NCBI RefSeq assembly: GCF_030144855.1
Contig: NC_082722.1
Coordinates: 20,088,001 to 20,152,000 of the forward strand
Direction of reading: 5' to 3'
Source: Hypanus sabinus
Taxonomy: Eukaryota
Length of the DNA: 64,000 nucleotides
Shown here: positions 38,701 to 52,689 of the stretch, in pieces
How positions within the stretch are numbered: position 1 is the stretch's first letter
Layout: each line of letters opens with the position of its first letter
Translations under genes and position numbers: made by a program
The notes under the pieces: generated by a model
What the model was told of the DNA's origin: nothing
The model's input: only the letters and a program-made list of their open reading frames with translations
The model's database searches: none

Positions 38701-39729
38701 TTTAACTTCTACATAAAAGGACATGTTCATAATCTTTTCCATTTTTCAGAAACCGTACATATGTCACTAGCAATGCCTCGTTGCCTCGGTAAATTAACGA
38801 ACAAACTGCGAATGCCTATCGTATGATGGTGACAGCAGCGAATTGACGCGGATGGAGCGATGGTAGGAGCACGCAAAGTGAAAGTGCTGGGAAGATGAAG
38901 AAGATCACAAGAGTGAGAATTACGTTTGCAAGGATTCGGATTGAAATGTGAATGTTGGTCGGGATAGATCTGGTGTTCGGCGGGCGACTGTTATTCTATG
39001 ACAGTTAGCGCGACTGTTCAATCACGTAGCGTCTCATAGTCTCCAAAGATGGTTCTTGACCGCACATACGAAGCTGAGATGGTTTGAAATACTTCAAGAG
39101 GAATCCTCGGGGTTGACAGGTTCACTGAATGGCTCTATCTCGATGTTTCGTTCCGGCCAGTGCTGTATCGCTGAGCGACATGTTTCCCGTAGGTCTCTAG
39201 AAAAGGTTGAGGGGTTTACTTGACTGACCAACTGATAAATTGCATGAATTCACCCAGTGCCGGGAGTAAGAAGCAACTGATCAGGACTCTGGTTGCTAAT
39301 TTATGCAAATGGGAATGTTTGTTTGATTGGTATGGTCGGATGAGATTGCCGAGTTTCAGACGCGTTGTGACGACGAGAGCTCACCATCTCCAGAGCGATG
39401 GTTCTTCGTGTGTTACAGTGCCTCGTCCATTTATTGGGAAGTGTCTGCTCTATCAGCGGGTCAGCTCTCGTGTCGCAGGTCATTGTGCAGCTTATCGACT
39501 CTCCAGATTCTTGTATGCCCCCCACACCACCCGACGACTTCTAATTCCACTAACGCCCCCTTAGGACACATAACAGTCCCTTTGGGGGGCGGTAACACCC
39601 CGTTGGGTACCACAGCTTTAGAGTAAAGGAGGTCATATTTTCATGGAATTAACTTCCCTGTTCCTCGGGCTATTTACCCGAAATCATAAACGTGTCAAAC
39701 AATTATTGAAACAAAAGGAAACAGCTTGA

Positions 39730-40470
39730 CGAATTCAAAGTGTCAGACTGTGGGTGTGAAGCCAACAGGATATTTAATCTTTAAGTTCGAGTTTTGGGAC
39801 TTAGAATGTAGAAGCTAGATGCGCAAATATAGACGGGAAAAGGAGGTGTGCGTCAAGTGATAGTTGGAGACAAACTCGTGGGATGAAGTGGTGGAGTACT
39901 TGCAAGCTTCGAGAGAAAAGGTTGATCCAATTTGCTTATTGCAGAATTCTGCAAAACATGTGAACAATGTCTATACAAACATGTTTTAATAAGACGGATT
40001 GAAGGATACATAATGAGCTGTTAATAGGTGATATCGTTATCATCAAAGAAACAGATAGCATGGGATCAATGCAGATCCGTCGGTAGTGCAAATCGACCTT
40101 AATTTAAGATGTTTAATGATACGCACCTTATGTGTAAACAGCCTGATTCGCTAAAACATCATATCTAAGATTTAGTCCTCAAATCCTGAAATGAGATGTT
40201 AATTTCTCTATGAACAAATACTAGAAGCCAAGGTTCAAAATCATATCTGGGGTTAGCGAACAGGGTATTTTTCTTCATAAAAATGGATATTTGGATGTGG
40301 AAATTGTTTGTTAGTAGCGGGGGTGTTTCTAAGTAGCTGGCAACAACTCCAAGCGATAGAATTTAGTAGCACCGGGGTAACACGTTTGCAATTAGATATG
40401 GAACACTCTCCAGGCAGTGGCGATGACAGAATGCACTTGATTGGGATGATTCAGAGCGATTTATAAGTTG
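39730..40470 (+). repeat. Direct-repeat copy 1 of unassigned ~740-bp segment (copy 2 at 49100-49840)
   Basis: Collinear matches such as caaactcgtgggatg(a/g)agtggtggagt, ttgatccaatttgct, atttaagatgtttaatga and gacagaatgcacttgattg. Confidence 0.85.
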
Positions 40471-40474
40471 ATGT

Positions 40475-41421
40475 TAAGAATAGGAGATTGCGGTACCGTT
40501 GGTTTGGGACCATATTGATCGGTGCCTTAAAATTTGGGAGGAAACACGCACGGCCCGACTCAGAACAACAGATCGTAATAAGAAGACAGCCGACCGACAC
40601 CGGAATACGGCGCCGGAGAACCAACCTGGGCATATGGCGTGGCTTTCCTCCGGGGACGAACATAGGAAACTCGCCCCTCGTTTCCTGGGATCATTCAAGG
40701 TTGAAAGGGTTATCAATCCCACAGCAGTACACCTAAAGCTGCCACGGTCCTTACGCATCCGCCCGACTTTTCAGGTGTCTCAGTTAAAGCCAGTCTCCGT
40801 CAGCCGAGTTTTTTTTAACCCGGCTGAGACTCCCAAACCTGCCGGTATCATCGACGACCATCCAGGATACATCCTCCTGCTCAGTCGGGGCAGGGTTCTC
40901 CAATACCTTGTAGACTGGGAAGGATACGGTCCAGAAGAGCGTTCCTGTGTTCCCCGCTCCTTCATCCTAGAGCCTTCCCTCATTCAGGATTTTCATCCAG
41001 AATAACCAGTCAGGCCTGAAGGATCGCCGGGAGGCTTATGTTAGGGGAGGGGTACTGTCACGATCCCTTCTGGCAATCGTCCACCTCGCTATTTTCCTCC
41101 GGAATTGTGCCTCAATCACCTCGTTTAGTTCCCAGTCATTCCCAGGTTCCACTAACTACAAGCACCTGCTTTCCCTCAGCAAATGCAGTATAAAATTCTT
41201 GTGACCACAAGGAGCGGCCAGTTCGTTGGTCGACTCGTGTATGAGTAACCTCGTTCCATTGTTCTTAGCACTATCAGTTCTATGTCTAGCATCTTTTCGG
41301 AATTCTCTACTAAAAACTATACTCCGGGTAATTCCACGCTCGCTCCGAACATAACCCATCCCGACTCGCCCTGCACTCCCGTGTTTAGCACTAAGGTTCG
41401 TTCCACCACCACGTCTTTACA
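40475..41421 (+). mobile_element. Chromovirus (Ty3/Gypsy) 3' remnant: integrase C-terminus, chromodomain, PPT, LTR
   Basis: ORF 40499-41005 has [12 protein letters not shown] (GPY/F-like) and [14 protein letters not shown] (chromodomain); PPT AGGGGAGGGG; LTR TGTCAC...TTACA at 41056-41421. Confidence 0.88.
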
Positions 41422-41820
41422 ACGTACTCACGAATGACGTGAAAGCTTGATGAGACTAAATTATTTCTTTTCGTTCATGGCTGAGCCAACCACATTGTTA
41501 GACCATGCTTTTATTTTCACTTGTTTATACCGGTATTAGTCAGCTATACTTCGTCACAATTCAGTTGCTTTCTAAAAATCTCCAGCAAACGATTGTTATG
41601 AGTTTGGTTATGTTATTGTCATTGTCCGGTCCGTGAAATCCGCATTCTGGTTCGCGGTCTGGTCCTAGATCCTTATACCATGTTTCCCTCAGCTTCTGTT
41701 GAGGCTGCTGATTCTTGTTTGGGCTGACTTCATAAATTGCCTTGGGATTCAGTCTTGGGCAGCTGGATTGTTCCTGTCCAAACCCCTTGTGTGTATTTCT
41801 TCTCTTCACCTTCCTGCCCG

Positions 41821-41990
41821 GAGCCTCGCCTCGCCTCGCCTTGCCTCTGCCTGGAGCCTTGCCACGCCTCGCCTTGCCTCTGCCTGGAGCCTTGCTTCGC
41901 CTCGCCTTGCCTCTGCCTGGAGCATTGCCTCGCCTCGCCTTCCCTTGCCTGTGCCTAGAGCTTTCCTTCGCCTCGCGTTGCCTGTGTCTG
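41821..41990. repeat. 33-bp minisatellite, about 5 units, possibly inside a solo LTR (41594-42015)
   Basis: Unit gagcctcgcctcgcctcgccttgcctctgcctg. The LTR context is weak (TGTTATG start, TATGAC end). Confidence 0.85.
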
Positions 41991-42199
41991 GACTTCTCCC
42001 ACAAAATCTATGACGAATCCAATTTACTACATTATCTTCAATACCAAGCAACTGAATCTTCTTGACCAACCTCCCATGCGACCTTTTCAAATGTCGCATT
42101 ATCTTTGATGTTGGCAATATTCAAGAAGATTCAGAGCAAGAAGGCTGCGAGTCAACGGCTGAACTATCAGAGCAAGGGAGTTCCTTACTACTCGGGGTA

Positions 42200-45100
42200 A
42201 ACGAGAGGAGAGACTGCGCAGGCGCGTGACATTAGCCATTAGAGAGCGGAAGGTTTAAAAAGAAGACCGCCATACCCAGCGGGCAGCGTTCGGAGGGGGC
42301 ATTGGAGTGAGAAGCGGTAGAGTCATAGGGCTTTGGCTCAACGGGCTCAGGCGGTAACGAGAGGGGACGAGGTAGGTTTAATTGTGTTCATTGAGGAAGG
42401 AGTAACTATATGTGTAAGTCCATCTTTCTGTGCTCGGTGTCAGATATGATAGGTCCTGGAGACTCCCAGCCTCACGGGCGGCCATATCTGCACAAGCTGT
42501 GTCGAGCTGCAGCGCCTGAGGTACCGAGTCAGGGAACTGGAAATGCAGCTCGATTACATTCGCCTGTTCAGGGAGAGAAAGGAGATGATAGAAAAGAGTT
42601 ATAGGCAAGTGGTCACACCGGGGCCACAGGAGGCAAACAAGAGGGTCACATTCAGGAATGGGAAGGGAAAGAGCAATGTACTAGTGAGTACCCCTGTGGC
42701 CGTAGCCCTTGATAATATATACTCCTGTTTGAGTACTGACCAGTGGGGACAGACTATCTGGGGAAAGCGGCCGTGACCGTGCCTCTGGCACAGAGTCTGG
42801 CCCTGTGGCTTAGAAGTGTAGTGCAGGGAAGAGGAAGGCAGTAGTAGGGGACTCTATAGTTAAGGGGCCATACAGATGATTCTTTGGTCGCGGGAATGAA
42901 ACTCGGATGGTAGTTTGCCTTCCAGGTGCCAGGGTCCGGGATGTTTCAGATCGCGTTCAAGACATCCTGCAGTGGGAGGGAGAATAGCCAGAGGTCGCGG
43001 TGCATACTGGTAACAATGGCATAGATGGGAAAAGAGAAGAGGTCCTAAAAGAGAATACAGGGTGTTAGGGAGGAAGTTGAGAAGGAGGACTGCAAAGGTA
43101 GTAATCTCCGGATTACTGCCTGATCCACGCGACAGTGGGAATAGGAATAGGATGTCCTGGAGGATAAATGCGTGGTTGTGGAATTGGAGCAGGTGGCATG
43201 GATTCAGAGTTTTAGATCATTGGGAACTCTTTTGGGGCAGGTGTGACCTGTGAAAAAATGACGGGTTACACTTGAATCCCAGGTGGACAATATCCTGACG
43301 GGCAGGTTTTCTAAAGCTACTGGAGAGAGTTTGAACTGGAATTGTTGAGATGTGGGAACCGAACTGTAGAGACTGGGGAAGAGGAAGTTAGCTCACAGAT
43401 AGAGAAAGCTTGTAGGCAGTGCGAGAGGGAGGAAAGGCAGGAGAAAGAGAAGGGATGCGCACAGACCCACAGACCGAAGGTTTGAGTTGTGTCTATTTTA
43501 ACGCAAGTAGTGTTGTGAACTCAGTGGATAAGCTTAGGGCGTGGATCAGTACTTGGACATATGATGTGGTGACCATTACAGAGACTTCAATGGCTCAGCG
43601 ACAGAAATGGTTATTTCAAGGACCAGCGTGTGGAAGTTTCAGAAAGGACAGGGTGGTAGGAAAATGAGGTGGTGTTGTGGCACTGTTTATCAGAGATAGT
43701 GTTAAGGCTGCAGAAAAGGCGTATGCTATAGAGGGATTTTCAACGGAGTCTCCGTGGGTGGAGATTAGGAACAGGAAGGAATCAATAACTTTACTGGATG
43801 TATTTTTTTATATATGCCGCTCTATAGTAACAGGGATATCGAGGAGCAGATAGGGAAACAGATCCTGGAAAGGTGTAATAATAACAGAGTTGATGTGATA
43901 GGAGACTTTAATTTCCCAAAGATAAATTGGCATCTCCCTAGAGTAAGGGGTTTAGATGGGGTGGAGTTTGTTACGTGAATTCAGGAATTGTATTCATACC
44001 ATATGTAGCCTACAAGAGGAGAGGCTGCACATGATTTGGTATGGGGAAATGAACCTGGTCAGGTGTCAGATCTCTCAGTGGGAGAGCATTTTAGAGATAG
44101 TGATCACAATTTTGTCTCCTTTGTAATACGACTGGAATCGATAAGAGCAGACAAGTTAGAAAATCAAAAGCGTTTAGTCGGAGTAAAGGGAATTCAAAGG
44201 ATATCGGGCAGGAAATTGGAGCCTTAAATTGGAAACAGATGTTCTCATGCAAAAGTACCGAAGAAACGTGGCAAATATTCAGGGGATATTGGTGTGGAGT
44301 TCTGCATAGGTACTTTCCAATGAGACAGTTATGGTACGGTAGAGGATCCGTGGTGTACAAAGGCTGTAATATATCTTGTCAAGAAGAAAAGAAAAGCTTA
44401 CAAAAGTTTCTGAGAGCTATGTAATGTTAAAATCTCGAAGCTTATAAGGCTAATAGGAAGGAGTTTAACAAGGAAATTAGGAGAGTTAGAAGGGGCAAAT
44501 GAGAAGGACTTGGCGGGTAGGATTAAGGGAAACCCCAAGGCATTTTAAAAGAATGTGAAGAGCAAGAGGATACAAAGAAAGGAAAATAATAAAAAAAAGA
44601 ATAAAAGGAATAAGAAAGAGTACGACCTATTAAGTGTGACAGTTAGAAAGTATGTATGGAATCAGAGAAAATAGCAGAGATAATTACTGAATATTTTACT
44701 TCAAAATTAACTAGGGAAATGGATTTGGTGATTCTAGTGATGACTTCCAGCAGACTGAAAAAGATTGAGCATGTAGATACATATTAAAAAGGAGGATGTG
44801 CTAGTTCTTTTGGAAAGCATGAAGTTGGATAAGTCGACGGGACCGGATGAAACGTACCCCAGGCAACTGAGGCGAGGGAGGAGATTGCTGAGACTCTGGC
44901 GATGCTATTTGCATCATTAATGGGGACGGGAGAGGCTCCGGAGGATTGGTGGGTTGCGGATGTTGTTCCTTTATTCAAGATAGGGAATAGAGATAGCCCA
45001 GGAAATTATAGACCATTGAGTCACCTCAGTCATTGGTAAATTGATGGAGAAGATCCTGAGAGGCAGGATTTATGAACATTTGGAGAGGTCCAATATGATT

Positions 45101-46080
45101 AGGAGTAGTCAGCATGGCTTTGTCAAGGGCAGGTCATACCTTACGAGATTGATTGATTTTTTGAGGATGTGACTAAACACATTAATGAAGGAAGAGCAGT
45201 AGATGTAGTGTATATGGATTTCAGCAAGGCATTTGATCAGGGACCTCATACAACGCTTACTGTGAAAGTAAGGACGCATAGGATCCAAGGCGAAATTGCT
45301 TTGTGGATCCAGGACTGGCTTGCCCACAGAAGCAAAGAGTGTTATTAGATGGGTCATATTCTGCATGGAGGTCGGTCACCAGTGGAGTACCTCTGGGAAC
45401 TGTACTGGGAGCATTATTCTAAGTGTTATTTATAAGTGATCTTTATGAGGAGCTGGAAGGATGGGTTAGCATGTTTGCTGATGACACGAAGGTTTGAGTT
45501 GCTGTGGGTGGTGTGGAGGGATGTAAGAGGTTACACTAGAACACTGATAGGATGCAAAACCGGACTAGAAGTAGCAGATGGAGTTCAACCCAGAGAAATG
45601 TGGTGTTGTTCATTTTGGTAGGTTAAATATAATGGCAGAATATAGTATTCATGGTAAGATTCTTGGCAGTGTGGAGGATCAAGGGGATGTTGGGTTCCAA
45701 GTTTATAGGGCGCTCAAAGCATCTGCGCAGGTTGACTCTTTGGTTAAGCAGGCGTCCGGTGTATTGGCCTTCAACGATCATGGAATTGAATTTAGGAGCC
45801 GGAAATAAATGTTGCAGTTATATAGGACCCTAGTCAGATTCCACTTGGAATATTGTGCTCAGTTCTGGTTGCCTCACTGCAAGAAGCATTTGGAAGCCCT
45901 AGAATTTGTGCAGAGGAGGCTGACAATGATGTTCCCCGGATTGGGGAGCTTGCCCAATGAGAATAGATTGAATTAACTCGAACTTTTTTCCTTGGAGCGA
46001 CGGAGGATGATAGGTGTCCTGAAAGAGTTTGTAAAAGTTGATAAGAGGCATTGATCTAGTGTGTAGATAGAAACATTTCG
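42200..46080 (+). mobile_element. Near full-length decayed CR1 LINE
   Basis: ORF1 zinc-finger and coiled-coil region (CxxC...CTSCVELQRL..RVRELEMQLD), esterase (GDSIV, DGLHLN), EN (VYFNAS, GDFN), RT (FADDTK); many stops. Confidence 0.85.
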
Positions 46081-46139
46081 CAGGGCTGGAATGACTGCCT
46101 CAATATGACACTGGTTGAAGGTGCTGGAGAGTAGGTTCT

Positions 46140-46850
46140 TGTTGGAATCTTCCTCTCTTAGATCCCCCAAGGTTATAAACATTGTTTGAGTAGTAGTATC
46201 ATCTGTCATGTAGCCTCTGTCGTCCTCTCCTTCTTTTACCTTCCGTTTTACCTAACATGATAGACACTCCAAGGAATGCTCCGTCTTCAGTATGTGGTCA
46301 AAATATTTGAACTTTTGCCACAAAATCAAGCCTCCTAATGAGCTAATGAGAAATAATGGCTGTATTTCTTCAAGACTTGACATGTTGGATCTTCTTGCTG
46401 TCTAACGAACCTTAACACATTCCTCCAGCATCCAAGTTCAAAGGTGTAGATTCGATTCTATTTAGTCTTACTAATAGTCCTGCTCTCACAGCCAGTCATC
46501 ACAAATGGAAATAGCATGAACGTACGAATTTTCGTAGACCATGTTATCTCTGTTCTTCAGTATTTTATCAAAATTTTCCATGGCTGTCCTCCCCAGAAGT
46601 AAGCGCTGTTTAATTTCATGAGTGCAGTTACCAACTATAGAAACCTTTGAAATGAGGAAGACAAAATCTGTCACTGTTTCCACTTCTCTCCATTTATTAC
46701 CACGGAGTTTATAAGGATTGTAGGTATAATATTTGTTTTCTTCATATTGAGCAACAATTCAGCTTTTACACTTTCTTCTTTCACTTTGATTAGAAGCATT
46801 CGCAGATCTTCCTCACTTTAATCCACTGGAGTAGCATCATCTACATAATC
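46140..46850 (-). mobile_element. RTE (BovB-like) RT fragment
   Basis: ORF 46486-46683 VTDFVFLISKV..GNCTHEIKQRLLLGRTAM..FDKILKNRD matches the RTE RT C-terminal motif. Confidence 0.72.
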
Positions 46851-47379
46851 TTTTAGCCCTTGTAATTTCTTTCTTAAGTGTTCTCTTGCACATTGTAAAC
46901 TCCATAAGCACCCGAGTTTTTCCTACAAGCACATGCCTGCTTTGCAGCTTTTTTTTCCCTAAACCAGGGCCTCAATACCTGTTGAAAACGAAGGATCCCT
47001 ACACTTGTTGCGTTTATCTTTTATTCAGACAGGCATATCCACACATTGTACTCTCAGAATTTAAATTTTGAAGACCTCCTTTATCCTGAGTACAAATTTG
47101 CACGAATTTCCTTTCCGAATCCATACTTGCCAGATCCTTTCGAAATGGGCCTTTATGCAATTGAGAATATCAACACACGGACAAGATCAATCATCTTGCA
47201 TATTGACATTTAAACAAATAAAAAAGGGATCAGTGGATATAAAGTCTCATCCAGCGCAAACGTCTGTGACATACCCCTTCTCTTCCATAATAGCAAATCA
47301 AGTATCGTTTGGACGTCTGATAATGATGCTGACGGCATTCGTCTGTCCTGAATGTCAATGGATTTGCGGCACGGGAGTG

Positions 47380-47650
47380 AAATCTCCGGGACACAAGTTT
47401 GGGCCGCAGGTGTGGAGCACTTTTGATTCCCAGTTGTCACTATCTTCCTCTTAGGCTTAGCGGGCTGTCCGCTGCAGTCCGTGGAAAATCGCAGGAACAT
47501 GCTTAGCACCATCTTGGCTGCAGGAGCTACCGGAAGGATGCTCAATGACGCCGAGCCCTCTTAGCTGCTCCATTCTGGATTTTCTGTCAGTGTTTATTCC
47601 CGTAGGCTTTGTCTTTACCGACGGTGTGGGGCTATTTGACCATAGCTGAG
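47380..47650 (-). mobile_element. Probable RTE 5' fragment
   Basis: Homologous to 25190-25310 and lies upstream of the RTE RT fragment on the same strand. Confidence 0.4.
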
Positions 47651-47699
47651 CAGATGGTTCGAAAGAAGCAGCACATATCCTGCGTGTGTTGGCCAGACC

Positions 47700-48850
47700 T
47701 CCACCCAGTCCTTGCTATGTCAGACTGCGTCTGAATGGTGTACAGCTTTCGAGTGTCATCAGCGAGGAGGCACCACATGAGACTTGCTGTTAGAGAGGCT
47801 ATGTTCTGGCAACGGGAGACTTACGCATTCAACGCTATCTGACTAGCATGGCCACAGATTCTCCTTTAATCCCTCCCACTGTGTGCAGTCGAAAACAACG
47901 GACCCCGGAATATTGAGTTGTTAGTTCTGCATCTCCTGCAACCAACTCTCACTAACGGCTACAACAGCATAATACCGGGCTTTGCTTCATGACTTGAGAC
48001 CGCCACACTTTTCTGCGATACGTCTTATATAGAACTCTATGCTGATCAGTCATTAGTCACCCCATGCTCAACGTCGTGGTACTTGAATTTGTCTGAGTTC
48101 TTAACAACAGTTGTCTCCACAAACTCTCCACTAAATGTTCCAGCACTGTGGTTCCTATCCCCCTGCCGCTCTAGGTGCAACCTCACCTTTCCGTTGGGAT
48201 ACCAGGACTCTTCCAGCTCAGGCACCAGCCCTCTCTTCTGTACATGGCTCACCTTCCCTGAAAGATAGCCTAATGATCCAAACATCTATCACCTTCCACC
48301 CCACCAAACTAACTACTTAGCCACATATTAAAATGTACAATCTTTCTATTCTGGCCTCACTAGCACGTGGCACGGGCAGCAGACCTGAGATCACAACCCT
48401 GGAGTTCCTGCAATTTAACTTAGCACCTAACATTCTGAACTCACTTTACAGAACGTTACCCCTCTTCTTACTTATGTCATTGGTAGCTACATGGATTACT
48501 AATACTGGGAATTCACTCTCCCACTTAAGAATATCGAGGACACAATCTTAGATGTCCTGGACCCTGGCATCCGGGAGGCAACATCATTTGGGAAACTCGT
48601 TCTCATCCACAGAACGCTCTTTCTGTTCCACTAAGTAACACATCAACAGTCCGCATCTTCTTGCTTCCGCCCTTTCCTGCTGAGTCGCAGAGTGCCAGTG
48701 CCAAAGACCTGACGGCTATGACTTTCCCCTGATAGGTGATTCTCTCCAACAGTATCCAAAGTGGTATTCCTGCTATTGAGAAGGATTGCCAGAGTGGACT
48801 CTGCGCTGGCTATTTATATCCTTCCCCTTCTTGATTGTCTCCCAAATATG
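47700..48850 (-). mobile_element. CR1 ORF1 esterase/EN fragment
   Basis: Similar to 22500-23400; AVSESWLQ (ETW) motif near 47950. Confidence 0.75.
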
Positions 48851-49099
48851 GACTGCAGACACATACACTGCCAGAACAATAATATTAGTTGATTCATGCT
48901 TTCATATAGAACAGCGCAATGAAAGTCAATCCTTCAGTACTACACTTTGTACATAACTTGCAGAGCAACTAGGCTGTGGTAGTGGCACAAGACACGAATG
49001 ATAAGTGAATTAACCATAAAAAATAAGCTTGCATGCTCCTCGGAATATTTACAGGCAACATTAAACATGTGAATAATTGAAATAAAAGTTAACCACCCG

Positions 49100-49840
49100 A
49101 CGCATTCGATGGGCCAGGCAGTGCGAGTGCATTCATGCTGGTGTTTAATATTTTGAGTTAGAAACTCGGGATTTAGTGTGTAGAAGGAAGATGTGCAATA
49201 TATTAATGTATTACGGGGTGCGACCGGTGATAAGTAGAACCAAACTCGTGGGATGGAGTGGTGGAGTGTTTGGAAGAGTAGCAAGAAAGGTTTGATCCAA
49301 TTTGCTCATTGCAGAATCCTGAAAAGACACATAATAACGGCCGAGTCAAACATGTTTTATTAAGGTGGATTAAAGGACATATTTTGGACAGTTAATGGTA
49401 CACAGCGTTATCATCCAAGAACACTATACCATGTGTTTAATGCTGCTCAGTAGGGAGTGCAAAGCGACCTTTATTTAAGATGTTTAATGAGATGCCATTT
49501 GCAAGTAATGCATCCTCAAGGTTTCGCGGAAGCATTTTAATCGTGATTTCGTCCTCTAATCCAGAAATGAGAATTTGAGATCTCTGTGAAACAAAATAAG
49601 AAGCGAAGGTTCCAAATCATGTCACTGTTGAGCGAATGAGATATTGGTTATCGACAGAGACATTTGGATTCTTTGTTAGTAATGGAGTCTTTCTTAATAG
49701 ATTGTAAAAACTCTGAGCGATAGAATTGTGGGGTGGGGAGGTATAGTCGAAACAGCGTTGGAATTAAAGATGGTGTCCTCTGCAGGCCGTAGCAGTGACA
49801 GAATGCACTTGATTGTGATGATTCAGAGGAATTTTCAGGA
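49100..49840 (+). repeat. Direct-repeat copy 2 (of 39730-40470)
   Basis: Same anchors in the same order and spacing as copy 1. Confidence 0.85.
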
Positions 49841-52139
49841 TTATACAAAAATATTACTAATATTTAAAGCCAATGAAACCGCTATCGTTTATATTATTGT
49901 GTTATTTTCTTTCTTCAGTAGAGTATCCTGATTTTTTTTTCAAATAAATATAGTACACACGTGTTTTTCTATCAGTACTAAAGAGTGCTGTTTTTTTTTA
50001 TTCTTCAGTGCAAGCAAGTAATGTACAACTTTGAAACGACGCTGAGGTGAGCTGAAAGTAAATACGTCCTTAAAAGCATTTCAGATGATATCACCAGCAC
50101 TTCACAATTGCTTGAGGACATAGTCTACTCTTGTTAACTTGCTCATCAGCTAAATTACAAATGGCTATTTTTGTTTTAATGAAGAGATGAAGAAATGAAT
50201 AAGAAATATAAGACCACAACGATCCTGTCAATTCCGAATAAGTTATATTTTCGATTCTTTACTTGATAGTAAATATCAAAACAATATTTAAAGGCGGAGA
50301 AATCGACGAGATTTGAGATGTGAAGTGACATAAGAGAAGGAACTGAATGAATGATTGTCAAGGGGAAATCTATCCCAGCCACCAATTCCAGCAGATCAGG
50401 TCTGAGCGGCACATTCTTGTTCCCAAAGCTGTACATTTGCATTATTTTCGCAAATTTCTCGGGATTGCCTAACCTCTTTCAGGAGTAGATGTTGTCTGCA
50501 TTATCAGATAGAGGATTTATTTCAATGTCAATATTCCCTGAACTTGCTCCCCACCTTCCTTACCTCCGCTTCTTGTGCACCAACCACGCTGATCTGATGA
50601 GCAACAACAACGTACTATCCTACCAGGATGCTTACCCTCTTGTGTCCCACATTCATCTATCTGGTCCAGAATTAATGTGTCAATTTACGAATATTGGCCA
50701 AATAAATCCTGGGCATTATTTTAATTTATTTTGTTCCATTGGGCAATTTGGTAGTTAATAATCGCCGAGGAGCACTGTGCAAAGCAGAGCTTTCTTCGAG
50801 CGTACACATCTAGTCACGTGATTCCTATATAAATTTGCTTTCCAACGTCCAAGATTTTCACTCAAATGTTATGATTAAGCTAAACCTGACTTCGTTTAAT
50901 GTGACCAGGTGCTCGTCCCCTCTGCTTCAATATGGGCTGGGACAGTAACAGGTCACAATGCATGGCTCCTGCCTATGGAGGGAATATCTTGGGGGAGGGC
51001 GGTCGACGGTACTGAAGTCAGAGTAGGTTTATATTATAACTGGGCACTGTTCAATGATATAGCAGAGGAGAATGTGGTTGAACATATCAGACCGGGCAGT
51101 AGGGAGAGGCAGAATGGCGTATTCACAATCTTGTTCCTAACTTAATTACTTTTATTTTTTCCAGTGATAATCGCTTCCAACAAATCGAAGACGAAATTGA
51201 TCCCTTATCTCCTAACTTATACATTTTATATCAATTAACAATCTTTGTATGCACGAAATAAAAAGAAGCAATGCATAGGCCTGCACTCATTGATAGTCTA
51301 TAGCTCTAACCTGCAGTTGGATTCTCAGCTTCACAGTTTTTTTGAACTATTTACATCTGCGTACAATGTATGCTGGTTTTGATTCTTGGATGCTGAGGTG
51401 TTCCTGGAATCAGGAAGCTGCAGAGCAGCGTAAGTCAATTCGTCAGCTCCAATTCTTTTTGTCTGTGAAAATATTTCAAAATCAATGATTAATCAAGAAT
51501 CCATTCAGTTGAAGAGATCAAATCAAACATTGTAAAATAAATCAGTGATGCACTCATTTTGCCGGTTTACTCAAAATCTATGCAATTTTTTTTCAGTTTC
51601 TTTTTCTTTTTGATTCATATGCTGCTTAAACTCCATGGGCCTGTAGAATCACGAGCGTTTATTTCAATACTTGAAATGAAGTTCAACGAAATGGAGTTGG
51701 GGCAGTAGGTAACTCGTTAAGGCAGCAGGTGTAGTACAAAATATTTGCTAACTCAAAACGCAAGCGTAATTTTGTGTTTTAGGTGTCTAATTGCAAAAAA
51801 TGGTTTAGACTATAGATCTTGCGTGTGTTCCCTCGGTCGCACCTGCCAACAGAACTCCAGATGCACACAGATGCTGTCATCAGGGGACACCGTACAACGT
51901 TGGCACTTTGTTCATTCAAGCCATATGGTTACTGCTTTGTCACAAATCGGCATTTCCATAAGTAACACCAATGTTCGTTTGTTTCAGTGTCTCGGATATT
52001 ATCAGATATTCGTGTTCATTATGGAGCAGACAATGGGCGTTTCAAAGGATGGCTATTCCCAATTTCCTGCTCTTTATTGTTGCTTCGTTTGCAAATTCCA
52101 TATCAATTTAATTCGTAAAAACAAGGGGGGAAATATAAT

Positions 52140-52620
52140 CTCGAGTAATTCCCGAGATGCTGGAAATCTTGAAAAATACAAAAAATGCTGATGGAATTCA
52201 GTAGCGAAAGCTGGGTGTATGCTATAAATAAACTGTTGAAATTCCTGGCCGAAGAGATTTATCAGGACAGCCAAGAAAAGTGGTTAGATGCTGGAATAAG
52301 TTGGGGAAGGAATACTAGATGACAGAACCCTGCTTAGTAAGGAGTTGTGTGAATGATGAGGGATGGAATGACGTAGAAGGTGGGAGGTGATGAGTGGGAA
52401 AGTAAAAGGGTGCAGCAAGGAATCTGAGCACAGGAGAAAGTGGACCATGGAAGAAATCGAAGAAGGTAGGCACCAGTGGAGTTGATGGCAGATGAGTAAA
52501 AGAGAAGAGGTGAAAGGGAGCCAGAATTTGTAATAGAGAAAAAAAAAGAGAAGAGGGATGATGAAATAAGTATCCAAAGTTAGATATATTAATGTTCATG
52601 CTTTCAGATTGCAATCCACC
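52140..52620 (-). mobile_element. Penelope-like 3' fragment
   Basis: Reverse complement resembles 3000-3520 (atgaacatt..cttct...cctgctgag-like terminus). Confidence 0.65.
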
Positions 52621-52689
52621 GAGATGGAAGAAAAATGTGATGATATTTCGAGGGTGTTCAGTCGTAAGTGGTACCGTGACAAAGGTCTG

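Noticed and set aside
39160-39614. LTR-like segment ending GGGTACCACA
   Set aside because: No matching opposite terminus or TSD found.
41561-42117. Several overlapping ORFs with 11-aa repeats (GKARRGxAPGR etc.)
   Set aside because: They are translations of a 33-bp minisatellite, open in many frames on both strands.
50176-50442. Minus ORF with SLHISNLVDFSAFKYC...LFG resembling a V-domain E-F strand
   Set aside because: No B-strand Cys, no in-frame Trp, D of DxAxYYC absent, no GxG J motif, no splice sites and no nucleotide similarity to the A or C V exons. Probably chance; an HMM scan would settle it.
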